A stretch of 64,000 nt of DNA from Chrysomallon squamiferum (taxonomy: Eukaryota > Animalia > Mollusca), in assembly GCA_012295275.1 (NCBI GenBank), contig CM022671.1:5890001-5954000 (forward strand), written 5' to 3'. The notes below the pieces were generated by a model. It was not told where the DNA came from. It did not search any database and was given only the letters and a program-made list of their open reading frames with translations. Below, one piece after another: positions 39,725-51,753 of the stretch. The number at the start of each line of letters is the position of its first letter. Position 1 is the first letter of the stretch. Position numbers and translations under genes: made by a program.

Positions 39725-42700
39725 GTAATAATAATGAAAATAATAATAATAATAATAATAGTAATAGTAATAATAATAAAAATACTAATATTTATAATAT
39801 AATAATTATTGTAATAGTAGTAATAATAATAAAAACACTACTGCTACTAATACTACTAATAATACCATTACTACCACTATTACTACTACTACTACTAATT
39901 TTACAACAAATAATACAGACAATTACTCGCTACTCTGCACAGGTATTGTTCACAAAGACAAATTACCTGGAATAGAGAAGCATGGCAAGACAGTCTCTGC
40001 GACTCTTTGCCTCTATGATGGACACTGGTTTCACAAAGATGGTTGGCTTTCCTGTTTCCAGATGTGATGTTTCGATTGAGGAGAGTTTTCTCCAGAAGTT
40101 GGGAAGATATTCCAAGTAGACGGCACGACTCTTCAATAGCATACATTGTAACTGAATGAATCAAATAAATGCTTACTAAATATCATTTTATAAATAAATA
40201 TTTGTTTTATTTCTTGAGGCGTTGTGAAGATATTCCAAGAAGTTGACATCATTCTTTAATAGCATACATTGTAATTGTATGAATCAGTAAATGTTTTTTT
40301 AACACGATTTTTTTAAATATTATTTTAGACATGAAACTAGCCACTGAAAACTTACTAAATTTTAAAATTATTACTATTGTTATAATTAGTTTGTGAGGAA
40401 TAGATTGATATCCTCAAAGGAAGAGAGAGAGTGAGAATTGAGAGGGAGAGAGTGAGACAAAAAGTATGAGAGTAAATGAGTAAGAGAGAATGACACAGAC
40501 AAAACAGGAAAGTGACAAAAACGAAACAGCAACAAATGGACAGAGAGACAGAGTGAGAAGGAAACAAAAAGACAGAAGATATAAGAATGAGGTTCAGAGA
40601 GAGAAAAATAATATTGATTAAATTAATATTACAACATTTAACTTAATCCAATTTTAATAAAATGCACCATATTATGAAACATTTTCAAACAAACAAATCT
40701 TCTTACCAGATCCTGTTTATTTTTAAACATAATTTATAAAGTAATTATTTGTTGTGAACATATAAAATTAATGTAAAAAAAAAAAAAAAAAAAATTTAAA
40801 AAAAATAAAAATAAAACCAAACAAACAACAATTAAAAAAAAAAAAAAAAAAAAAAACTTTAAATAAATAAATAAATAAATAAATAAAACCAAACTAAATA
40901 ATACAATTATCATTTTAACCAACTCAAGCAGTTGAAAACTGAAAATGCAATACAGGTTTAAACAAAAACCAACTGAAAAATAAATTAAATATAAATCAAA
41001 ATAAAGTTGAGGAACACAAATCTAAAAATCAAACTCTGTGGTACCTGTGTATGTGACACAAGAATTTTCTGCAAGTTTTGGTAAACACTGAGAGCACTGA
41101 CGTTGACACGCGCATTTTTCAGACACTGTTAGGAAAATGTCAACATTTTTTTTTTTTTTTATTTATTTTTTATACCTCTAGCTATTTCATGTAAACAATA
41201 AAAAATTAAATTATCTACATTATGATTTTATATCATGTTTTTTTTGTGTTTTTAATGAAAATATAATAATTTTAAAAAAAAAATTAAAAATTAAAAATTA
41301 AAAATAAAAACAATAAATAAATAAATAAATAAATAAATAAATCAAAAAAAAAAATAATAAAAAATTAAAAATAAAAATTATTTAAAATTATAATAGCAAA
41401 TTATAAAAATATAAAAACCAGTTTAAAATAATTTTGACTTAATCCATAACAATATTTTTCATAAGTTGACAGACACTTGCTCAGGAGGAATGGATAGTGT
41501 ATGTGAAATATTTTTCAGATTTTACTGGGTTTATCATTTTATTAAATTCTTATGGGAGTTTTAAACAAAGGCACAGTGTGCAATGGAATATATTTTCTGT
41601 TATGAAATTCTTTTATTCCAAAGGAGACAGAAAATATTTTTCACTTTCATCAACATTTTCCCATGTTCATTTGTTCTCTTGACATATTCACGTAATTTCA
41701 TTTTAAATTTAAAAAAAAAATTTTAATTGTTTTGTAACTTACAGTCATTGTGAGTCAGTTCACTGGAGTCTTCTTCAGTGGGTGTGAAACTGATGTTTCC
41801 CAGAAATATAATAGAATACAAGATCTGAAACAAAACAAACACGTAAATAAAAATTGTAAAAACATATTTTTTTTTTTTTTTTGTTAAACTTCTAAAGTGA
41901 TCTCAACAGATTTTAAATTAAATACTGGGGTTTTTAACATGATAATGTGAAAGAGAAATTCTACTCTTGCTATTCCATGACCATCTTTGTCGATTAGTAC
42001 CAAGAATCTTTTATATATCCCCCTTCTAATAGTTATGCCATTGCTTCTGATAAGTACTGATCCTATAACTAATCACACTTCAGATCACACATTCACACTC
42101 ACTTAAACCAAATGACAAACTATATAATGTCTGTAACTATCAGTATGTCACTCATTATTTGTGTTTTGCACCTGCATTGAGGTCATGCATTGGCAGGAGT
42201 GTGTATATCTATCTTTCATTAAGTTTTTAATATATATACTTCTAGTTTTGTCTAGTTTCACAAAAACACAAAGTGAAAATAAAAAAAAAATAAAAAAAAT
42301 ACCTCAAAGACAGAAGTCTGGTGATGAGATGTCAGTCCAATGTCTGTCATTGCAGTCAGAGTGTCAGATATGTTTCTGTTCAGTCTGGCCTCTGTGTCAC
42401 ACAAATAAATAAATAAATAAATAAATAAATATAAAATAAAAAAACAGAGACAAACAAACAAATATATAAACAAAAAGACAAACGAATAATAAATGAATAA
42501 ACAAAGTAAGTGAATAAATAAATAAACAAAGTAAGTGAATAAATAAATAAACAAATAAATAAATAACAAATAAACAAGTAAATAAGTAAATAAGTAAGCA
42601 AAAAAAAAAAAAAAAATATGTAAATAAATAATTAAAAAATGTATAAGTAAATAAATAAATAACTAAGCAGGCAAATAAATATACAAGTAAATAAATAAAT

Positions 42701-45700
42701 ATGTATAATAAATAAACAAATAAGTATATACATAAATAAATAATTAAAATAAATAATTTGATAAATGAAATAGGAAATAAAAAAATAAATACAAAATTGG
42801 GATATTTGTTGTTATATTCATACATTGATGCATTTGGATATTTTTGTTTGTGTAAATGGATGCAATAATCTACTTAAGTATTTATTTACATTTGTTTGTC
42901 TGTGTATTTACGTGTATAATTTGTATAAAATAATAGATAAAAATAAAGTAGAGCATGAAGAAAATATTGTTAAGTTGAAGTGTTACGCTGTCCGTGAGGC
43001 AGAATGTTGAAGGTGTGGTCAACAAACTGTTTTCTCATTTCCTTCAGCCAGCCCGGCTCTTCACCTGTCTCTTCTGAAACACTCTCTGTCAGCTGAAACA
43101 TTCAAACAGTCTCAAAAATACAATAAAATAAACAACAACAACAAAATGAAAATAATAATTATAATAATAATAATGATGATGATGATAATAATAATAATAA
43201 TTACTAGAAAATAACAATGATGATGATAATAATAATAATGACAATAGACACATATGCATCAGCTATTGGAATGACAATAAAATGAATAAATAAAATAATA
43301 ATAATAACAATCATGAGAACCAAATGAAAAATAAATAAATAAATAACAATAACAACTGAGAACAACTGAGTGAACAATGTAAAATATAGTAAACAAAAAA
43401 CAACAAATAAATAAATAAATAATAACAATAATAATAAAAATTACATGCAAATATAAACAGTAAATAAAAAAGTGCATTGAATGAAAACTGAATTAATGAA
43501 AACAGACTAACACTTTCATGGAAGATAGAACGAATATAAATGCAACACATATTTTCTGTTTTTGAATTTATTTATTATGTGAATGACAAGTACAAATTCA
43601 CCTGGTAGAAAATGTGAAAGTTGCATTCTGTCTCTGCAGGGTGGACAACTCTAGTTTTCTCTAACAGATATGTCTGGATTGCGGCCCCTTTGATAACTCC
43701 ATTTCTGAAACAAATTATCATCAATTTAGAAATTTAAACAGATGTATATTCCTCTATGTATTTATTATTATTTGTTTTTAATGTATTTCCTAATCCAAGA
43801 AGTATAGAGCAATAAATAATTTTCTGATTCACTATAAATGTTATTTTAAATTATATGAGAAAAAATGGCTTCCACCAACCGGTGAAACTGTAACTCAATA
43901 AATTTGCCGAATCGTGAACTGTTTCCATTCCTTGGAGTTGCTGCATTGCCTGAAATTAAGATTTGTTATTATTATTAGAATTATTTTTATCCTTATTATC
44001 TTAAATAACTCATCCCAAACCATATAGCATGAATAATTTCAAAACAGGATTAAATACAAATTTTAAAATTTATAACAAAAAGATGCAATCTTTTAGAATT
44101 GATTGAGATTAAATTAATTTGTCAAATTAGTATAAGTAAACAGATTAATTTCAGTGGAAGATTTATTTCACATAAAACATATAAACACTGTGTACTTGTT
44201 TACTATAATAGAGTAAAATATAAAACATATATAATATATAACAGTAAAAATAATTTATCTAGTTACCAAAAGCTTCCAATATAGGACTGGACTGCAGAAT
44301 TTTGTCGTGTATGCGTCCTCCTTGATTTGAATTATCGGAATTCCTTAAAAACAAATTTAAGTGAAATAAGTTAATACAAAATTATGTGTATATATAAATA
44401 TTTTCCTGAGAAGAGAAATAATGTTTTTAAAAAAATTAAAAAATAGAAAAACAACAACAAAAACTTTTCCTTCTTCTTTTTTATTTTGAAAGGCTTTACA
44501 AAAATATTAACACTTGAAATATATTTAACATCAATGTTCTTTCAAAAGACAAAACAGTTTATTTACCTCTGGCTTGATTCTGGGTTTGAGACAACAGTAA
44601 TATATTTCAACAGATGTTTTGCTGATACAGTCTGTAATAAACAAATAAAAATGTCAAAACAAAAACAAATTTATCAGTAATTTATGCAGAATTAAATAAA
44701 ATATTTAAATTAGTTTATCAATTTATGTAAAATAAATAAAAAATAAAAAAATAAATAAATAAATAAATAAAAAGATTTAACTCTCATATTATAATTCTTT
44801 CTAAACCTTATTTTCAGATCTGTTAGAGTTACCTTTCCTGCCCCACTCTCACCACTGACAACAATACACTGGTTTTTTCTATTCAGACCTGACACAGTTT
44901 GTTTGTACGCCTTGCTAGCAATTTCATAGATGTGTGGTGGCAAACTCTACAAAAAAATTAATAACTTCAAACATAAAATAATATTAACAATAACATTTTC
45001 ATAATGCATAAATATAATTTTACAAAATAAACAAGAAATTTAAAAAAGGTTTTATAAAATTCTGAATTTGACAACAAAATGAACCAGATTTAAAATCATC
45101 AGTCTCTGTTTTGATATGCTCACCATTTTACTACAAACAGAATATAGTCAAACAAACTTTGATCATTTACCTTATTATTACTGTTATAATCTTCAATCTT
45201 GTCAAGACCATACAAATATTCAACATCTTTGAAAGGATTTACAGCTATAACCATAGATCCAGCATTTGTGTAAAACTTGTCCTCATCATATCTTTCATGT
45301 AAACAAAACAGAACTGAAACAAAAAATAAACAAGTCATGAATATTCATAATAAACCATAAATAAAAACAGTATATAAAGATGTGTAGTTAATTTATAAAC
45401 ACCAAGATTAATAATTACTAGAATTATGTTGTGATAAGAAATACAGTTTGGATAGGTATAACACAGTATTGTCTCTTCTTTGAATACTAGAAACATATAT
45501 ATAAAAAAAAAAAACTTGTATTAGATTATGTATAAATAAATAAATAAATAAATAATGATAAAATTTAAATATGTATCTACAGTAGTATGAACAAACAACT
45601 AACATACATTTTACACCCATCTAGGTAAATATGTTAACAATAACAGACATTGGTAATGTTAATATATATTACAATGAAATAATTACCAACGTAATGAACA

Positions 45701-47057
45701 CAGACTATCATTTAACAAGCTGACATCATTCTACACATAAAAACAAACTGACAGACTAAATAAATCACTGGAAATTTGCTGTTGGCTTTGTATCAAATAA
45801 CATGACAGAAAAAAGAGGAAATATAATCCTTGCTGCATTATTTCAGGTTTTTGTTTTATTAATATTTTATACTTTATTATTGTTAAAAGTTGGTGTAGGT
45901 ATCACTCAAAAGCAATTGCCAGGATGTATACAAAATATATTTACACCAGCTGTTTGTACTTTAGATTGTTGATCCCTTATCTGAAATGTCTGAGATGGGC
46001 ATGTTTCAGATTTCAGAATTTTTCAGATTTTGGAATGTAAGGAGATAACTGGAGAATAGCATCAAAGTAAACATGAAATCCATTTAAATTTCACATATGG
46101 CTATCTGAAAATAATGTTTATTTATTTATTTATTATTTTGTTCATCAAATAAAGTTTGTGTGTGTGGCTTAAAGAAAAAAAAAAAAAAAGATTTTTATCA
46201 GACCTTTGATATAACCATTCTGTAATCTAGACCATACTTATTCTTTATATTCTACACTGAGATTAAAGAATGACAAAAGATAATACCTGTGGCTTCATTC
46301 ATGTGAGGGAGATTGGTCAGGTTTGAGAAATCTGCCAGACACACATTACAGTGGAGTCGAATGTGACTAAGTTTACATTTTATCTTCTGTAACAAACAAA
46401 CAATCTGACATTTACAAGTAAAAAACAACAGAAACAAAAAGCATGAATAAGGTTTTTTTTTTTAAATAAAAAGGATTAAATTCTTAATTTTTATCTGTTT
46501 TTCTATCTTTTTTTAAAATGACATTTAATTTTAAATGATTCCTCTTTTTTTATATAAATGCTGTTGCATTTGTCTACATTCATTTTTATTTATCTACTTT
46601 ATTTATTTATTTATTACAGTATCTGCCTTCTTTAAAATAACTGTCATTAAAATATTTTCATGGCCAAAAAAATAAAATAAAATAAAATAAAATAAAATAA
46701 AATAAAAATAAAATAAAATAAATAAAATAAAATAATAATAATAATAAAATGCCATCAGTATTTTCAATATTTATCTAACAAATTTTTAATTTATCAAATT
46801 TTATTTGTTATCAGAGGATATTACTTTTTTTTTGACTGGTGAAGAAAACTGGTGACGTTGCTGAAGTTGTCGAAGTGATGGAGAATTAGCTCTCAGCTCA
46901 GACTCTCCTAACTTCACGAAGATGTCTTCACCGATGACATCATACACTGTGCCAACCTTCCACGCCTCCCTCCTGTCTGCCACATACACAACCTGACCCT
47001 GTAATAATTATTTTATTTATATTATTATTATTTATTTATTAATTAATAATAATAAAA

Positions 47058-47106
<49 letters not shown>

Positions 47107-48500
47107 CAATTACTATAGAATAACTATATTCAGAATCTTGATTAACATTTTTTTACTTTATAATGAATATATGAATGTTATTTTATTTCAAATATTACAA
47201 ATTAAAAAATATATACATATATACGTTATATTTTTTTAATATATCTATAATTTTTTTAATATTAACAGGTTAAGAAACAAGCATTTATAATAAATATGTT
47301 CATCTTTTCTAAGACAGAAAAGTAAACTGCTTATAATAAAGTCTAGACAGATGGGATGGAATAGTAAAAGGTCAAATGGCTGCATCTAGGAGAATCAATT
47401 CTACAAACTTTTATATTTCAGTATTGTTTTTTTCTTCTTTTTTATCTTACATTTATCTTTCAAACAACATTTTTATGAATACATAAGATTAAGAAAAAAA
47501 TATTCAATATTCAGTCTTCTTGACATGACATTCTACATCTCACTTATTATAAATTAACTGATAAACAAATTCTTTACAAACAAATGTTTGGTAAAATAAC
47601 TTACCGTTTTGGGCAAAGATTTCCCATTATTTTCAACTTCCTGGATCTGTTTTTTCTTAAAAGATGGAACCTAAAATTAGAAATGTTACTTAACAATTGT
47701 CATAATATTTTGTTTCACCACTTATTAATATCAGGATTTGACCCAGCATCCCCTTTGGTAAGTCAGTAATCTACCAAATGTGCAAGTATGAAAATATCTC
47801 TAACTACTATATTTACAAAGCAATTTGTAAAATTTTATTTCTATGAAAATAAATTAGGTAAGTTACAAAACTGAAATAACTGATAAAAACAAAATCAAAA
47901 AACTAATTACCTGTTTTTGCTGAACATTATTTAATGCATTTTGTCGATTAGTTTCATCATCCAAAGAATTTCTTTTACTTTTTGTAGGTGACTTGGTCCC
48001 CTAAAATAATTACAAAGATAATAAATTATCTGTCATGAGCCAATATCAGTAATTATAGAATTTTAATAAATTGAAAATATATACTGCAACAGAATAAGAG
48101 AATGCTTTAATCAGAATTTTTATTGTTTATTAAAATAGCTACTAAATAAATGTGAACTGTGCGAAAATTTATATCATGTGCATGGCTATGTCAGTATGTG
48201 TTTGGGTTAGAATTGCATCGCTATCATCTTATTTTAAATCATTTAAATTTAATAAAGGCACAGCAAGTCACAATTTATAAATTTAGTTTGTTTATCGAAT
48301 TACCAATATGGCATTAATGAATAGTAGTAGTAGTAGTCGTACTTGTAGAAGCACTACGAATCATTAGTCGAATGTTTAATGACATACATATACAAAAAAT
48401 AAACAAAAAACAAAATTAAAATTAAAACCCCAAAAGGTAAACATTAATGGATATTTTCCTGATAACTATGAATTTTGCATCGTATCGTTTAATTTACCAT
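32176..48500 (-). CDS. MYO19: Unconventional myosin XIX (mitochondria-associated myosin), 27 coding exons, ~1098 aa
   Basis: Phase-consistent GT-AG exons on -: 48498-48500 (ATG), 47911-48000, 47605-47670, 46825-46998, 46287-46386, 45171-45313, 44833-44946 (P-loop GESGAGK), 44567-44631, 44267-44343 (ILEAFG), 43880-43949 (switch I NSSRFGK), 43602-43704, 42987-43092, 42303-42391, 41743-41824, 41045-41125, 39967-40151 (1 extra nt), 39565-39632, 39083-39204 (switch II DIYGFE...[23 protein letters not shown]), 38646-38756, 37893-38075, 37075-37209, 36405-36583 (YIRCIKPN...[10 protein letters not shown]), 35521-35714, 34220-34353 (FGKTKIFL), 33647-33779 (IQ), 32941-33317, 32176-32289. Class XIX is assigned by recalled similarity: [28 protein letters not shown], and a short tail ending [14 protein letters not shown], resembling the MYO19 C-terminal IKFHCRKSPL motif. 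Confidence 0.9.
37665..37727 (-). mobile_element. Fragment of a dispersed repeat (probable SINE); related copies at ~5597-5640 (+) and ~41985-42030 (+)
   Basis: The core (ATTAG.A.C)AAG.GAT.TTT.ATATA.ACC.TTCCC is shared by three diverged copies in this window. It resembles a repeat I recall from gastropod genomes (unverified). Confidence 0.45.
45963..46165. mobile_element. Degenerate TcMar-Tigger (Tigger4/MER46-like) DNA transposon end fragment
   Basis: The blocks ATCCCTTATCTGAAATG...TGTTTCAGATTTCAGAATTTTTCAGATTTTGGAAT...AAACATGAAATCCATTTA...AAAGTTTGTGT are collinear with my recollection of the Tigger4/MER46 terminal consensus. Not verified by alignment. Confidence 0.55.
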
Positions 48501-49113
48501 TTTGTTGTCCAAAACACATTTGTCATTTCATTTAGCCGACATTTCTTTGAAGATCCCCGCCACTTATGTCTGGTAAGCTATTTGCTTACCGATTGGATAA
48601 TAATAGACCAATAACAGCTGTGTTTACAAAAAATAGAATAAAAATAAAACTTAGAAAAAAATGTCCGGTGTACTCGATTGTCTCATTAGAATGAAACTTA
48701 CGTTTCAAATATTAACTAAATGGGTTTTTTTAGTTCAAATAATAATAATAATAATAATATTTTCATGAAATGTGTACTGATTTTTTTCTTAGTAATAATA
48801 ATACTAATAAAATAAGTAAAAATAAATAAATAAATAAGCAAATTAAATACAAAAATAGGGATGTATCATTGTATGAATTATAAAATTAATGGAAAACAGA
48901 AAACATTGCGTTTAAGAATATAATTATTATTCATAATGAAATGTTTTAACAACAAGTTGCATTACATATACAAGTTAATAAATATAACAGAAGGACTAAA
49001 ACGAACAACTAAAGCAATAACCATGTAAATTATTAACTACTGCGTAAACCGCTCGAACGGCAGCAGAAAACCTTCGCCCTTCAAGTTTACCTTGGGTCAA
49101 AGTGCAAAGTAAC
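48501..49113. promoter_or_regulatory. Divergent promoter region between MYO19 and GSTT
   Basis: There are 613 nt between the two ATGs. The region has ATTGG (48592-48596), CCAAT (48608-48612), a GC/E2F-like CCCCGCCAC, TTTGAA (48546-48551) and a palindrome GGTAAGC-N5-GCTTACC (48572-48590). Confidence 0.7.
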
Positions 49114-49275
49114 ATGGCGATGAAACTCTATTTCGATTTATTGTCCCAGCCTTCGAGAGCTGTTTATATGTTTATGAAACTGACAAATATTCCGTTTGAA
49201 TCAAAACCTGTTGCATTGAGAAAAGGTTATTTTTATATTTAACTATGAATTGATGACACATCATATTTACAAAAT

Positions 49276-49350
<75 letters not shown>

Positions 49351-50425
49351 TCGTTTGTTGTGATAATTTGCAAATATGTCAACAGATATCCAAATAACAG
49401 TGTATGTTATATTTTAATTTTGTTTTTTGTTTTAGTTAATATTGGTTGAAAATAATAATAATAAAATTAACTTGTGGAAATGTCGGAAAGAAATATATGC
49501 ATGAATTTTTTGCAATATAAATTATTTTATAAATTGTATTTTTTGCAAATCATTTAAATGTTTTCTTTATCAATGCTACCAACCTTTCTTTACTCACTGT
49601 TTTCATTTTATTCTAGGTGAACACATGAGTGAGGAATATGCTAAGATAAATCCTTTCAAATTAGTTCCAGTTATTGACGACAATGGCTTCATCCTGACAG
49701 AAAGGTATATAATACTACAAAACTTATATTTAATTTTTTTTTTTTTTTCTGCAAATATATATACCAAATTACTAATTATCACTAATGAGGAAAGATCAGC
49801 ATTTATTATGATTTGATTCTTAAACTAGATAATCTCCAATATTAATTAATTGAGCTTATTATCTGTTTTTCAGTGTTGCTATTTTGAAGTACCTGGTGGT
49901 CAAGTATAATGTTGCTGATCACTGGTATCCTCGCACAGATCTTAAACTGCAGGCTCGTGTGGACGAATTTACAAACTGGCAACATTTGAATCTCAGAATC
50001 AATGCGGCCATGCTTTTCCAGAATCTGGTGAGTGTTTTCGCTGGCGTTTTTCTTTTTTTTTTTTCTCTTGAAAACACGTGCAAATGTTTTCATAAAACAG
50101 AATAACTCTGACATATAGAATTTTGTCTGACTTTAAAACAAAAGTTTTTTCCCTAAAGTTTAAATTATTTTCTGTTTCATTTACCTTGGTTGAAAAGAAA
50201 ATGTATGCTTTTGCTTTTCAAGTTATGTTTTGTATTTTTTAAATTGTTTTTTTTCATTTATTTTTCTCTTTTTTATTTTTTTTTTTTATGTATTTATTTA
50301 TTATTTCTTATATTTTATTTATTTAATTAAACTGATTATTATTTTTTAATGATTTTTTTTATGTATATTTATGGAGTTTTGGTTTCTTTTCCTTTCTTTT
50401 TTTTTTTAATGAAATATCCATAGAC

Positions 50426-50457
<32 letters not shown>

Positions 50458-50898
50458 TTAAACAACAATATATATATATATTTTTTTTCAGTAATGCACA
50501 CAACTACAAGCATTAACAACACCAATATATAATCGTTGCCTGTTTTTGTCATATTACAGTTTGTCATACCGCAAGCAACTGGGAAGCCTATAGACTGGAA
50601 AAAAGTGAAAAACTTCCAGAAAAACTGCACAAAAGTCGTCGAAGATTTTGAGAATTATTTTCTCAAAAATCAGCCATTTTTGTGTGGTTCTGAGATTTCC
50701 ATTGCTGACATCCTGGCAGTCTGTGAATGGATGCAGCTGTATGGAGTTCACAAAGATGAAGTATTTATGTCCAGTCCCATAATTAAACAGTGGATGGAGA
50801 GGGTCAAAGGTGAAACAAAGCCATATTTTGACGAAGCACACAAAATTGTTTATCGTCTTAGGGAAGTTTACAAGGTAGAAGCAGAATCTAAACTTTAG
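49114..50898 (+). CDS. GSTT1: Glutathione S-transferase, theta class (GSTT1-like), 4 exons, 230 aa
   Basis: Exons are 49114-49225 (MAMKLYFDLLSQPSRAVYMF, with the theta catalytic Ser motif SQPSRAV), 49617-49704 (INPFKLVPVIDDNGFILTES), 49874-50027 (DHWYPRTDLKLQARVDEFTNWQH) and 50560-50898 (FLCGSEISIADILAVCE). All junctions are GT-AG and the total is 693 nt in frame. The exact paralogue is not resolvable, so the symbol is family-level. Confidence 0.93.
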
Positions 50899-51681
50899 TG
50901 TTTGTTTAATATTTTCTTCTTAGAAACTAAATGGAGAATTTCATTTCAGCATGTTCAGAACCTAATATTTATATTATATGTGTATTTATTAGTAATATTA
51001 TTAACGTAATATGTATTTTATGCATTTATGTATACATGTGTATATATTAATAATATTTATGAGCATAATATTTATATCAGTAACTTTATATTTATTTATA
51101 TTTATGTGTGATTGGGTGGATTGAAATGATTGTTTGTATAAACACCTATCATTGTTTTTTCATATATATATATATATAAAAACCAAATAATATTTTCATT
51201 CATATCATATAATGTGGTAAAAGATTATTTAAAATAAAAAAGTTCGATTACTGAAAACACCTTATAAGACTGAGTATATAAATATCACTGCAAAATTACT
51301 GTATAACGCTGTTTAATTGTAAACTTAAAATTATATAATTATATTCCTTTCTTGTGTATTTATAATAGCAGGGATGTTTTGATAAAAAATCAGACTTCAC
51401 ATAAGAATTTTTATTTGACCACTTCTGATTATCACTTATAATAAATAAAATAAAAGTGTTCAGTACACTGGAAAGTTGTTGTTGTTAGTATATTTTTGTC
51501 TTATTTAGTATTTACTCGGTATTTTCCGTTATTGTTTTTATTGTTTAATGTAGTTAATGTCTTCTTCTTTCTTCCTTGTTTTTTTTTCTCATATATATAT
51601 TTGCACATATAGTTATCTGTTTTCTGTTTGTATCATTAAAATTTAAAACATATTCATACCTTAACGCAATATCATATATGG

Positions 51682-51753
<72 letters not shown>

